Below, one piece after another: positions 1 through 10,300 of a stretch of DNA of 64,000 bases. Location: contig JBBSUV010000015.1 of assembly GCA_038234075.1 (NCBI GenBank), positions 470 through 64,469 of the forward strand, written 5' to 3'. The first letter of the stretch is position 1, and each line of letters begins with the position of its first letter. The notes under the pieces were generated by a model. It was not told the DNA's origin, did no database searches, and worked only from the letters and a program-made list of their open reading frames with translations. This DNA is from Flavobacteriales bacterium (GTDB lineage Bacteria; Bacteroidota; Bacteroidia; Flavobacteriales_F; PHOS-HE28). The position numbers were made by a program, and so were the translations under genes.

Positions 1-188
1 TGGCCGGATCCTACAGCTACGATAGCACGGATATGAACACGGCTTATAAGCTGTCCATCTGCTATTGGCTAAAAGGAGAATGTGATAACGCCTGGAGGTA
101 TTTTGACGAATGCAAGGCGCTTGGCGGAAAGCCGATCACGGAAGACTACACGAAGGACTTGAAGAAGTCGTGTAAAAGAAGAAAGTGA
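1..188 (+). CDS. 3' end of hypothetical protein, possibly TPR-like (partial, runs in from window edge)
   Basis: Open frame from position 3: AGSYSYDSTDMNTAYKLSICYWLKGECDNAWRYFDECKALGGKPITEDYTKDLKKSCKRRK, stop TGA 186-188; helical TPR-like pattern. Confidence 0.55.
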   Translation, partial: AGSYSYDSTDMNTAYKLSICYWLKGECDNAWRYFDECKALGGKPITEDYTKDLKKSCKRRK

Positions 189-311
189 AGCTCGGCCGCT
201 GTCAAGAGCAAGTTACCGCGCGGTAAGCGCGGGAGGCCTTTGAAGTAATGGGATCGCCCCTTCGGCAGCAGGGCCAAAGTGGATCCCACCGGTCAGGAAG
301 CTTCTCGACGC

Positions 312-1622
312 CTAAACCGGCACGGCCGTCAGCTCGTGCTCGCGCGCCTCGGTGATCCGCACATCCGCGAAATCACCAACGCGCAAATGTCCAGCGGCGG
401 TGGCGATAAGCACATCGTTGTCCACCTCCGGTGAATCGTGCTCGGTGCGGGCGTAGTACTTGCCGCCTTCCACTTTGTCCACCAACACCTTGAACGTCTT
501 GCCGATCTTCTGCTGGTTGAGGTCGAAGCTGATGCCGCCTTGCAGTTCCATGATCTCAGAGGCACGTTGCAACTTCAGCTCGTCCGGCACATCATCCTCC
601 ATGCTGAAGGCGTGCGTATCCTCTTCGTGGCTGTAGGTGAAAGCACCTAAGCGGTCGAAGCGCATACGTTCGATCCAACGCAGGTTGTCCTCATGGTCGG
701 CCTCGGTCTCACCGGGGAAGCCGGCGATGAGCGTGGTGCGGATGCCGATGCCGGGCACCTTCTGGCGGATGGTGTCCACCAAGGCCTCGGTCTTCTCCTG
801 CGTGATGCCACGGCGCATGCGCTTGAGCATGTTGGTGCTGCCGTGCTGCAACGGCATGTCCAAGTACTTGCAGATGTTCGAGCGTTCATTCATCACGTCC
901 AGGATCTCCATCGGGAAACCGCTGGGGAAGGCGTAATGCAGACGGATCCAATCGATGCCCTCCACGTCGCTCAGCTGTGCGAGCAGCTCGTGCAGGTTGC
1001 GCTTCTTGTAGATGTCGAGGCCGTAGTATGTGAGGTCCTGCGCGATGAGGATAAGCTCCTTGGTGCCGTTCGCAGCGAGGTGCTTCGCGCTCTTCACCAA
1101 GGCCTCAATGGGCGTACTGATGTGGTCGCCGCGCATCAGCGGGATGGCGCAGAAAGAGCACTTGCGGTCGCAGCCCTCGCTCACTTTGAAATACGCATAG
1201 TGGACCGGCGTGGTAAGCAGCCGCTCCCCCACCAGCTCATGCTTGTAGTCGGCCTTCAGGGTCTTCAACAGGCGCGGCATGTCACGCGTGCCGAACCAGG
1301 CGTCCACCTGAGGGATGCCGTCCTTCAGCTCGGGCGCGTATCGCTGGCTGAGGCAACCGGTGACGTAGACCTTCTCCACCAGGCCGCGGTCCTTGGCGTC
1401 GGCATAGGCGAGTATGGTGTCGATGCTTTCCTGCTTGGCGTTGTCGATGAAGCCACAGGTGTTGATCACCACCACGTTGTAGTCGCTGGAAGTGGACTCG
1501 TGTTCCACGGCGATGTTGTTCGCCTGCAGCTGTGCCATCAGCACCTCGCTGTCAACGGTATTCTTCGAACAACCGAGGGTAACGACGTTAACCTTGGTGG
1601 GCTTAAGGGTCTTGGCTTTCAT
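312..1622 (-). CDS. rimO: Ribosomal protein S12 methylthiotransferase RimO
   Basis: N-terminal TLGCSKNTVDSE and NTCGFI motifs, radical SAM CDRKCSFC, C-terminal TRAM-like domain. Confidence 0.95.
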   Translation of the reverse strand: MKAKTLKPTKVNVVTLGCSKNTVDSEVLMAQLQANNIAVEHESTSSDYNVVVINTCGFIDNAKQESIDTILAYADAKDRGLVEKVYVTGCLSQRYAPELKDGIPQVDAWFGTRDMPRLLKTLKADYKHELVGERLLTTPVHYAYFKVSEGCDRKCSFCAIPLMRGDHISTPIEALVKSAKHLAANGTKELILIAQDLTYYGLDIYKKRNLHELLAQLSDVEGIDWIRLHYAFPSGFPMEILDVMNERSNICKYLDMPLQHGSTNMLKRMRRGITQEKTEALVDTIRQKVPGIGIRTTLIAGFPGETEADHEDNLRWIERMRFDRLGAFTYSHEEDTHAFSMEDDVPDELKLQRASEIMELQGGISFDLNQQKIGKTFKVLVDKVEGGKYYARTEHDSPEVDNDVLIATAAGHLRVGDFADVRITEAREHELTAVPV

Positions 1623-1635
1623 GGGTAAGGGGCGG

Positions 1636-1643
1636 CAAAGTTA
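1636..1643 (-). promoter_or_regulatory. Bacteroidota -7 promoter element (TAACTTTG) for rimO
   Basis: Exact TAnnTTTG match 13 nt upstream of the rimO ATG. Confidence 0.6.
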
Positions 1644-3323
1644 CCGGTTCTGCCTGCGAAGCACTTCGGCGAGGTCCTCCGCATGCAGTTCCGGAGTGAA
1701 CCAGGGGTGCTTCTCAAGCTCTTGGAGCACGGATGGACCGATGCCGGTGATATAGACGGTGCGCTTCTTGGACTGTATGCCTTTGACGATATCCTCGAGG
1801 CGCTTCACACCCGTGGCATCGATCAGGGGCACGTACTTCATGCGCAGCACCACCACGCGGTGCTTGTCGTTGATCTCCGCAAGCACCTGCTGGAAGCGCA
1901 ACGCTGCACCGAAGAACAGCGGACCGGTGATCTCGAACACTTGGATATCCTTCGGCAGTTCCTTGAGCTCCAGATCCACTTCCCGCGTGCTGGAGCCCGT
2001 GCCCTCGGCCAACGCTGGTTGCAGGTCGGTCACGTCGGCCATACGCTTCATGAAGATGAAGGCGGCGAGCACCATGCCCACCTCGATCGCCAGTACCAGA
2101 TCGAACAACACGGTGATGCCGAAAGTGACCAGCAGCACCGCCAGGTCATAGCGATTGCCCTTGACGGCATTGCGGAAGTAGCTCCATTCGCCCATGTTCC
2201 AGGCCACCACCACCAGGATGCCGGCCAAGCAGGCCATGGGCACCAGCCCGGCGAGCGGCGCAGCGACGAGCATGATCACCAACAGTGTCAGCGCATGGAC
2301 GATCCCGCTGATCGGCGTGCGCCCTCCGTTCTTCACGTTGGTGGCGGTGCGCGCGATGGCGCCGGTAACGGGGATACCGCCGAACATGGAACTCAGCACG
2401 TTGGCGCCGCCTTGCGCCACCAGCTCCATGTTGCTACGGTGCCTGCCGCCGATCATGCCATCGGCCACCACGGCGGAGAGCAATGATTCGATGCCTCCGA
2501 GGAGTGCGATTGCAATGGCGGGCTGGATGAGCTCGCGCATCGTGGCCAGGTCCACCATGTGGAATTCGGGCATCGGAATGCTTGCGGAAATGGCTCCGAA
2601 CCGGCTACCGATGGTCTCCACGTCGAGCTTCAGGAAATAGGCTGCCGCTGTGCAGGCCAGGATGGCGGCCAAGGGGCCGGGGATCACCTTGGTGACCCGC
2701 GACAGATACAAGGACAACACGACCGACACGATCCCCAAGGTGGTGGCCATCGGGCTTATGGTATTGAAATGGCCGCCCAACACGGCCCATTTATCAATGA
2801 ATCCGGCAGGCACTTCGGCGATCTGCAGACCGAAGAGGTCCTTCACCTGGGTGGAGAAGATCACCACCGCGATGCCGGCGGTGAAACCCACCACCAAGGT
2901 GTGCGGGAAGTATTTCAGCAGCTGCCCGGCACGCAGGAAGCCCATGAGCATGATGAGGAAGCCGGCCATGAAGGTGGCCACGGTGAGCCCTTCGACGCCA
3001 TACTTCTGGACGATGCCGAAGACGATGATGATGAAGGCGCCGGTGGGACCACCGATCTGTACGCGGCTTCCGCCGAAGAGCGAGACCACGAGCCCACCAA
3101 TGATAGCTGTGATCAGCCCTTTCTCCGGGGAGACGCCCGAGGCGATGGCGAAAGCGATGGCCAGCGGAAGGGCCACGATGCCAACGACCACCCCAGCAAT
3201 GATGTCCTTCTTTACCTGCTCCTTGGATATTCCTTCCTTCCACAAGGAATACAGCTTCGGGTTGAAGCCGAACTCGGACGGTCCGTTGCCGCCCACCTGT
3301 TTGGAGGGGCCCGGTGAGTGCAT
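1641..3323 (-). CDS. SulP/SLC26 family anion transporter with STAS domain
   Basis: DIIAGVVVGIVALPLAIAFAIASG and GGSRVQIGGPTGAF signatures, many TM helices, C-terminal STAS (GPLFFGAA, IDATG); start overlaps ftsY stop (TGATG). Confidence 0.92.
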   Translation of the reverse strand: MHSPGPSKQVGGNGPSEFGFNPKLYSLWKEGISKEQVKKDIIAGVVVGIVALPLAIAFAIASGVSPEKGLITAIIGGLVVSLFGGSRVQIGGPTGAFIIIVFGIVQKYGVEGLTVATFMAGFLIMLMGFLRAGQLLKYFPHTLVVGFTAGIAVVIFSTQVKDLFGLQIAEVPAGFIDKWAVLGGHFNTISPMATTLGIVSVVLSLYLSRVTKVIPGPLAAILACTAAAYFLKLDVETIGSRFGAISASIPMPEFHMVDLATMRELIQPAIAIALLGGIESLLSAVVADGMIGGRHRSNMELVAQGGANVLSSMFGGIPVTGAIARTATNVKNGGRTPISGIVHALTLLVIMLVAAPLAGLVPMACLAGILVVVAWNMGEWSYFRNAVKGNRYDLAVLLVTFGITVLFDLVLAIEVGMVLAAFIFMKRMADVTDLQPALAEGTGSSTREVDLELKELPKDIQVFEITGPLFFGAALRFQQVLAEINDKHRVVVLRMKYVPLIDATGVKRLEDIVKGIQSKKRTVYITGIGPSVLQELEKHPWFTPELHAEDLAEVLRRQNR

Positions 3324-4276
3324 CACTGGTCGCCGAAGAGGCTTTCAACAAAGGCCTCCTTGTTGAATACCTGCAGATCTTCCATGCGCTCTCCCACCCC
3401 GAGGTATTTGATGGGCACGTGGAACTGATCGCTGATGCCGATGGCCACGCCACCCTTGGCGGTGCCGTCCAATTTCGTCAGCGCCAAAGCCGTCACTTGC
3501 GTGGCTTTGGTGAATTCGCGCGCCTGCTCGATGGCGTTCTGCCCGGTGCTGGCATCCAGAACGAGCAATACCTCATGCGGTGCTTCGGGGATCACCTTGC
3601 GCATCACCTGTTTCACCTTGGTGAGCTCGTTCATCAGGTTCACCTTGTTGTGCAAACGGCCTGCGGTGTCGATGATCACCACATCGATGCCTTTGGACTT
3701 GGCGCTCTCCACAGTATCGTAGGCCACGGCCGCGGGATCGGCGCCCATGCCCTGCTGCACTAAGGGAACCCCGGTGCGTTCGCTCCAGATCCTCAACTGG
3801 TCCACCGCTGCCGCGCGGAAGGTGTCCGCTGCGCCCAGCAACACGGTGTTGCCGGCCTGCTTGTAGGCATGGGCCAATTTGCCGATGGTGGTGGTCTTGC
3901 CCACGCCGTTCACGCCCACTACGATGATGACATGCGGTTTGGGGCCGGTCACCTTGAAGGGTTCGCTGCCACCATCGGCATCGCGCATCAGGCTGGCGAT
4001 CTCGGCACGGAGGATCCCGTTCAGTTCGGAAGTGCCCAGATAGCCGTCCCGCTTCACGCGCTCCTGCACGCGCTCAACGATCTTCAACGTGGTGTCCACG
4101 CCGACATCGCTGGTGACCAAGGTCTCCTCCAGGGCATCGAGCACCTCTTCATCCACGGTGCTCTTGCCGGCGATGGCCCGGGTGAGCTTACTGAAGAGGG
4201 AGGTGCGCGAACGGTCGAGGCCGGCGTCGAGCTGCTCCTTCTTCTCCTTCTTGCCGAATAATCCGAATAGTGCCAT
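3323..4276 (-). CDS. ftsY: Signal recognition particle receptor FtsY
   Basis: [39 protein letters not shown] motifs. Confidence 0.97.
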   Translation of the reverse strand: MALFGLFGKKEKKEQLDAGLDRSRTSLFSKLTRAIAGKSTVDEEVLDALEETLVTSDVGVDTTLKIVERVQERVKRDGYLGTSELNGILRAEIASLMRDADGGSEPFKVTGPKPHVIIVVGVNGVGKTTTIGKLAHAYKQAGNTVLLGAADTFRAAAVDQLRIWSERTGVPLVQQGMGADPAAVAYDTVESAKSKGIDVVIIDTAGRLHNKVNLMNELTKVKQVMRKVIPEAPHEVLLVLDASTGQNAIEQAREFTKATQVTALALTKLDGTAKGGVAIGISDQFHVPIKYLGVGERMEDLQVFNKEAFVESLFGDQ

Positions 4277-4287
4277 GGCTGCTATGC

Positions 4288-4321
4288 AAAAAGGCCTCCG
4301 CCGGTTGGTGGAAGCCTTTTC
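4288..4321 (-). terminator. Intrinsic terminator after DUF4295 gene
   Basis: Hairpin AAAAAGGCTTCCACC-AACC-GGCGGAGGCCTTTTT on minus strand, flanked by A/T runs. Confidence 0.6.
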
Positions 4322-4340
4322 GCGAAAAGAGGATGAGAAG

Positions 4341-4499
4341 TTACTTCTTGGCGGCGAGGGCTTTGTCCACGTCCTCGGCGGGCATGATCAGCTCATTGAA
4401 CTGATAGCCACCGGTGGCGCTGTTCTTCACCATGCGGATCACTTTGACGAACACCTTGGCGTCCGCCTTCTTCAACGATGCAACGGTCTTCTTTGCCAT
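4341..4499 (-). CDS. DUF4295 family small protein (52 aa; not in ORF track)
   Basis: Hand translation MAKKTVASLKKADAKVFVKVIRMVKNSATGGYQFNELIMPAEDVDKALAAKK; conserved Bacteroidota position between rpmG and ftsY. Confidence 0.88.
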   Translation of the reverse strand: MAKKTVASLKKADAKVFVKVIRMVKNSATGGYQFNELIMPAEDVDKALAAKK

Positions 4500-4500
4500 G

Positions 4501-4683
4501 TTACTTGATCTCTTTGTGAACGGTCATCTTGCGCATGATGGGGTTGTATTTCTTCAACTCCAAGCGCTCGGTGGTGTTCTTGCGGTTCTTCGTGGTGATG
4601 TAGCGGGAAGTGCCCGCAAGACCCGAGGTCTTATGCTCGGTGCACTCCATGATCACTTGTACGCGGTTTCCTTTCTTAGCCAT
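4501..4683 (-). CDS. rpmG: 50S ribosomal protein L33
   Basis: [60 protein letters not shown]; true start at 4683, not the ORF-track 4908. Confidence 0.96.
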   Translation of the reverse strand: MAKKGNRVQVIMECTEHKTSGLAGTSRYITTKNRKNTTERLELKKYNPIMRKMTVHKEIK

Positions 4684-4812
4684 CAATATGGGAATGGGGC
4701 GCGAATGTAATACGTTCTCGCGACGTGACAAAATTGCATTGAAAACTTGGTGAGATGGAGAGGGCGGTTCCTGGCACAACGCACAGGATACCGAGTACTG
4801 CTGAAGCACAAT

Positions 4813-4891
4813 GCCGACTGCGTACTCCACTGTCGACTGCCAGCTGGAACACGGCGACGACTTCCTCTGTGCTCTCCGTGCCTTTGTGGTT
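4813..4891. repeat. Degenerate short-period repeat tracts (CGACTGC-type 7-mer; CTCTGTG/CTCCGTG/CTTTGTG 8-9-mer)
   Basis: gccgactgcgtactccactgtcgactgccagctg followed by ctctgtgct-ctccgtgc-ctttgtggtt, between oxyR 3' end and rpmG promoter. Confidence 0.55.
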
Positions 4892-4904
4892 GAAGTCAGT
4901 GATC

Positions 4905-5846
4905 TCATCGGCCCACCGGCATCACTTTCGGCGTCCTCACCTGTCGTAGGTGGGGAGCAACTCCGGCCAGAACATGGTCCCGAAGTCGCTGCAAGAGGCG
5001 CTCCTTCACCGAATGCCGGTAGGTCACCATGCCGATCTCACGCACAGGTACAGGTGAGCGGAATTCGCGCAGGCGGGCGAGTTGCGCGGCCCCCATGCCC
5101 ATCGTGGCCAGTTCCGGCACTACCGTCAGGCCGCCCTGGGCATCCACCATCCGCATCAAGGCCTCGATGCTGCCGGAGACATAGGCGAACCGGCCACTCC
5201 CCTCGCCCTGCTCGCGCAGTTCGCAGAGATCCATCACTTGGGAGCGCAGGCAATGGCCCTCCTCCAACAACCACAGGCGGTCCGCATGGATCTCCGATGG
5301 CAATACATAATGCTTCTTCCCGATCCCCTCTTCGGGTGAGACATATAGAAGGAAGCGCTCATTGAACAACGGCTCCTCCCTCAGACCCGGCACGCCCAAC
5401 GGGGTTGCCAGCAGTCCCACGTCCAATTGGCCATGCATAAGGCGCTCGGTGATCACTTCAGTTGTGAGCTCTTCCACGGACACCTTCAATGCGGGATGCT
5501 TCCGCAGGAGGTCGCCTAGGAAGAGTGGCAATAGATAAGGAGCCAAGGTGGGTATCATCCCGATCCTCAACTCGCCGGCATGTTCACCGCGCGTAGCGTC
5601 CGCCATCTCCTTCAGCAGCTGGACTTCCTTCAACACCGACCGCGCCTGCTCCACCAGCACCGCCCCTTCCGCCGTAGGGACCACCGGTGACTTGCTCCGG
5701 TCGAAAAGCACCACGCCCAATTCATCCTCCAGCTTCTTCACCATGCTGCTCAAGGTGGGCTGGGTCACGAAGCACGCCTCTGCGGCACGCGCGAAATGGC
5801 GATGCGTATCGATGGCCACGATGTACTGGAGCTGCTGGACCGTCAT
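4905..5846 (-). CDS. oxyR: Hydrogen peroxide-inducible activator OxyR (LysR family)
   Basis: LysR HTH ([16 protein letters not shown]), redox cysteines [14 protein letters not shown], divergent from ahpC. Confidence 0.93.
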   Translation of the reverse strand: MTVQQLQYIVAIDTHRHFARAAEACFVTQPTLSSMVKKLEDELGVVLFDRSKSPVVPTAEGAVLVEQARSVLKEVQLLKEMADATRGEHAGELRIGMIPTLAPYLLPLFLGDLLRKHPALKVSVEELTTEVITERLMHGQLDVGLLATPLGVPGLREEPLFNERFLLYVSPEEGIGKKHYVLPSEIHADRLWLLEEGHCLRSQVMDLCELREQGEGSGRFAYVSGSIEALMRMVDAQGGLTVVPELATMGMGAAQLARLREFRSPVPVREIGMVTYRHSVKERLLQRLRDHVLAGVAPHLRQVRTPKVMPVGR

Positions 5847-5861
5847 CGGGTCAAAGTTAGT

Positions 5862-5928
5862 CATTCACATAATCTATGAGCCTATAGAAACATTCAGTAT
5901 GGTCAATGAAATGGAATGTCGACCTTTG
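5862..5928. promoter_or_regulatory. Probable OxyR operator and ahpC promoter
   Basis: AT-rich divergent spacer with CTAT/ATAG half-sites (ataatCTATgagcctATAGaaacattcagtat) and a GACCTTTG -7-like element; spacing is not a perfect match to the E. coli consensus. Confidence 0.5.
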
Positions 5929-5978
5929 TGCGGCGAAAAAACCGGCCAGCAAAGGCCAATAAGATCATAACCCAATAG

Positions 5979-6560
5979 ATGGAAACCAAAGGACAAGTGC
6001 AAATGGCCCCACAACGGATGGTCGGCCTGGGAAGCAAATTCCCGATCTTCAAAAAGACCGCCTGCGTGAGCATAGAAAAAGGCAAGGAGTTCGCCGAGCT
6101 CTCCAGCGACGATCTCACGAACACCCCTGGTCGTTGGACGGTGATGTTCTTCTGGCCGAAGGACTTCACTTTCGTATGCCCGACCGAGATCGCCGCCTTC
6201 AACAAGGCCGTGGGCGAATTCAAGGACCGCGACACCCAACTGATCGGTGCGAGCACGGACAGCGAATTTGTGCACGCCGCATGGCGCCGCGACCATGAGG
6301 ACCTCCGTGACCTGAAGTTCCCCATGCTGGCCGACACAAGCAAGAGTCTTTCCGAAGAACTCGGCATCCTTACTGCGGATGAGAAGGTGTGCTACCGCGC
6401 TACTTACATCATCGACCCGGAAGGCATGGTGCGCTGGGTGAGCGCATACGACCTCAGCGTAGGCCGCAGCGTGGAGGAAGTGCTCCGCGTGCTCGACGCC
6501 TTGCAGACCGATGAACTCTGCCCCTGCAACTGGACCAAGGGCGAAGCGACCCTGAACTAA
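5979..6560 (+). CDS. ahpC: 2-Cys peroxiredoxin AhpC
   Basis: FFWPKDFTFVCPTEI peroxidatic motif, C-terminal ELCPCNW. Confidence 0.95.
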   Translation: METKGQVQMAPQRMVGLGSKFPIFKKTACVSIEKGKEFAELSSDDLTNTPGRWTVMFFWPKDFTFVCPTEIAAFNKAVGEFKDRDTQLIGASTDSEFVHAAWRRDHEDLRDLKFPMLADTSKSLSEELGILTADEKVCYRATYIIDPEGMVRWVSAYDLSVGRSVEEVLRVLDALQTDELCPCNWTKGEATLN

Positions 6561-6562
6561 GA

Positions 6563-7162
6563 ATGACCGATCAGACCTTTACCGCATACGAAGAAGGAAC
6601 CGCTTCCTTGCTTGAGGAGGTGGGCCTTCCCGTTGGCCACGCGAACTCCGCGCTTCAGCTCCTCGGGGCTGTGGAAGCACGGTACAGCCGCGACCTGAAA
6701 TTGAACCTGAAGGCGGTGCTGAAGAGCGCCCATCTTTCGGAGAAGGAAGCAGCGCTGTTGGCCCTCAGCATCGCGGCGAACCAGAAGAACGGTCCGCTGA
6801 TCGACCACTTCAAGAACTTGGCTGAAGGGCAGGGCGCAACCGCGGAGGAAGCCGCAGAGGCCGTTGCTTGCGCCAGCTTGCTCGCTGCCAACAATGTGCT
6901 TTACCGCTTTCGGCACTTCGCCGGCAAGGAGAAGTACAATGAGCTTCGCCCGTCCCTGCGCATGAACATCATGATGAACCCCGTAACCGGCAAGCATTTG
7001 TTCGAACTGATGAGCCTCGCCGTAAGCGCGGTGAACGGCTGCGAGCAGTGCGTAAAAAGTCATGAAGCCTCGCTGATCGGCTTGGGCGCCACCGAAGAAC
7101 AGGTGTGGGACGCCATCCGCATCGCTTCCGTGGTCGCCAGCTACGACCGGATCGCCTACTGA
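6563..7162 (+). CDS. ahpD: Alkyl hydroperoxide reductase AhpD (CMD family)
   Basis: DLKLNL, NNVLYRFRH, LAVSAVNGCEQCVKSHE (CxxC); directly follows ahpC. Confidence 0.9.
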   Translation: MTDQTFTAYEEGTASLLEEVGLPVGHANSALQLLGAVEARYSRDLKLNLKAVLKSAHLSEKEAALLALSIAANQKNGPLIDHFKNLAEGQGATAEEAAEAVACASLLAANNVLYRFRHFAGKEKYNELRPSLRMNIMMNPVTGKHLFELMSLAVSAVNGCEQCVKSHEASLIGLGATEEQVWDAIRIASVVASYDRIAY

Positions 7163-7189
7163 ACTGCCTACTGACCGCTCCGCATAAGC

Positions 7190-7225
7190 AAAAAGGCCGC
7201 CCGAAAAGGCGGCCTTTTTTGTTTT
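7190..7225 (+). terminator. Intrinsic (likely bidirectional) terminator
   Basis: AAAAAGGCCGCC-CGAAAA-GGCGGCCTTTTTT between convergent genes. Confidence 0.85.
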
Positions 7226-7357
7226 GAACCTCAGATCGTGGTTTCCTCTGGAAGGAAATGCATGACCGGGAGTTCGCAGGACCGCTTCCCTTGTGTCGCA
7301 GCCGACCGAATGCCCGTTAGACCCTATCGTCACATCAGTCTTCCGGGGCAACTCCGA

Positions 7358-10300
7358 TCAAGGCATCTGCTCCACACGTATGGCGCTCGGGATGTTGCCG
7401 CCGACACTGATCAACAGTTTATCGCGGTCATTCCGTGCGCCGGTGTAGCGCACAAAGCCATCCATGTTCACGTCCTCCACGGCATAGCCCGAGATGGTCT
7501 GTGTCGGAACGCTCGAGCCGACCACGATCAGCATCGGATCGCGATCGTTGTTCGAACCCGTGTACTTCAATCGTCCATCATTCACCGAATTGCCGGACCA
7601 GGCGCCCATTCTTCCATTGGCGAACGTTTTCCGCGCCACCGTGCCATACGTGGACAACAGTGGATCGGTGAAGTCAACGGCCGTCAGATTCCTGTTCAAT
7701 AGCCTTTGGGATCCGGTCATCACGCCCAAATGGTTCCGGTGGCGCACAGCGATGTAGTACTGATCGCTCGGGACGTTGAAGAGCAGCCGTGAGTAGCCGT
7801 CCGTGCCCACAACGTCCCCGTCGCGTTGCAGCAGTGCAGCCTGCGTCGCCAGGATCACCGATGAGTTCGCCTTGCTCCGCAGTTCCACCAGCACCCAGTC
7901 CACCACGGCGTTCTTACCGGTGACGTTCAACATGGCCTGTGATACCGTCTCACCTCCACCTCCAACTTGAGTGAAGCCCATTGCCGTATAAGGCTGAAGC
8001 AAGGGAATGGACCCCATGGCGCGAAGATCATCCCCCATCTGGCCGGTGCTTTCGTCATAAGGGCCGGCCAAGGCCATACGGATCTTCAGGCTTGGCGCGC
8101 AATCCTGCCAACGTGCCAAGTAAGCGCCGTCCACGACGGTGAGCGTTGCATTGCCGGGCCGTGTCCAACGGACGGTCATGTGATCGCCCCCGCTTCCGTC
8201 CTTTTGAAGGAATTCGAAGTAGTAGTACTTCCCGGCCACCAGGGTGATGTTCCCGCTCTGCTGCCCGGGGTATTTGTTGTACTCGTTATCATTCGTGAAC
8301 CCGAGCACGGAACAGATCACTTGCTTCAACCCAGGGTCGGCGTTCGGGCTCAAGTAGAGGACCGAAGCATCGTCCGACGTGGTGTTGAACGTATAACTTC
8401 CCGTGGTCGGTGCGATGATGTATCCCCGCATGCGCGTGCCATAGTTGTTCGCGAAATTCACCGGACCCTGAATGCTGGTGGGATAGGTGGTGCCGTTGGG
8501 GGCATCCGGATAGCCGGGACTGTTGATCAGGGAACTCACTGTGGTCCCTGCGATGTTCGTCCAATACTCGCGGAGGACGCTTCCTACAGGCCCCACGCAT
8601 TGAGGTGGGTCCAACGTATACACCGAGAATACCTTCACCGTAGAGGAAGAAAGGCCGTCATTGTCGGTAACGGTCAGGGTCACGATGTAATCCCCGTTCT
8701 CAGTGAAGGTCTTGCTCGCGGTCTCGCCGTTGGCGGTGGTCCCATCCCCGAAGTTCCAACTATAATCCACGATGGTGCCGTTGTCCACGCTGTTGCTGCC
8801 ATCCATGGTGGCGGGGAACGGTGATGTGCCGTAGACCAATGCTGAAGAGATCACCGCTGTGGGAGCGATGGCGGAACAGCGCGGATAGAGGGAATGCGAG
8901 ACCGTGGTGGACAGCCCCCCGGCATCCGTGACGGTGAGCGCTACTTCGTAGTAATAGGTCTCCTCGTAACAGCCGAGGCCGGAAAGCACTGTTGTAGTGG
9001 TCACCGCATGGTTCAACGGCTCCGTATGGACGTGGATGTTGTGGTGGAAGATGGTCTTCCAGGAATAAGTGAGCTGCGCCGGCCCCTGCTCCGCATCCGT
9101 CACCGAAGCCGCCAAGGTCACGGTCGTATCCACGCCCACAGGGTAAAGCTGCCCATCAGGGAAGCTGGTGATGGCCACCACGGGCGGGGTATTGTTCACG
9201 TTCACCAACAAAGTGGTGGTATTGGGCTGGTTCTGATCATCCCGCACGGTCAGCGAGACCGTATAGGCGGTGGGCACCCCAGCGGGAGCGTTGAACGTGT
9301 GCGACGGGTCGGCTGTGGTGCTCGTCCCCCCATCGCCGAAACTCCACAAGTAGGTCAATGGCCCATTCTCCGGATCGGTACTGTTGGAACCGGTGAACTG
9401 GACCGCCAACGGACCGGGTCCGAAGAGCACGTTCTGCTCCGCGACCGCCACGGGCGGCAGGTTGGTGACGCCCAAGGGCGAGATCTTCCGGATCTGGCCG
9501 GTCTCATAGCGCACGTACCATAAGGCGCCGTCCGGGCCTTCCTTCAGGAACACCACCGCGCCCAAATTCGTTGCAAAATTGTACACCTGCACAGCCTTGT
9601 TATCGGGTGTCACGTTCACACGCCTGATCCAAGCTCCTGCATAATCTCCTTGGAAATAGCTTCCCTGATACCCTGCCGGCCAGCCTACACCAGTGATAAA
9701 GCTGCCACCTACCGAGGCATTGCCGCCAAAGCGCGGTCCCGGCACCGGAGAGTTCGGATCGTCCAAATCGAACTGTACCGCTGTATTCCCATTGAAGGCG
9801 CTGCAACGAGACTGATTGCCGTGCACCCAGTCGATGATGGGCCGATCGTTAGTGAAGGTGCGGATGTTCGGTGGGATCAAGGTGGCGGGGTCGCACGGAT
9901 TCGGCAGCCCCGTGGGGTGCACCAAGGTCTCCTGCTTGAGCAGGTCCTGGAAGTCGAAATACCGCTGGGTGCAAAGGCCTTGCCCGTACAAGGGGTTCGG
10001 CGCTTCAATGTTCGGTGCTCGTGCATAGAGGAAGGGTCCGTTCTCCTCCATGCCTTCGAAGATCGGCCAGCCAAAGTTCATGCCTGCGGAATAGCAGACG
10101 TTGAGTTCCTCGTAGCTGCTCCAGCCTACGTCCCCGATGTAAAAGACACCCGGATCCCCCGCTGCAGGATCCGTGCTGCCGGAGCCGGGTCGGCGTGTGA
10201 ACCGATACGGATTGCGGAGGCCCAAGGCCCAAACACGACTTTGGGGCGAACGCGGGGCGGCCGCATCATAGAACGGATTGCTCGGCACACCATTCCCGGT

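Noticed and set aside
4684-4908. N-terminal extension of L33 or rpmB remnant
   Set aside because: The translation shows no L28 similarity; the region contains a promoter element and repeat tracts.
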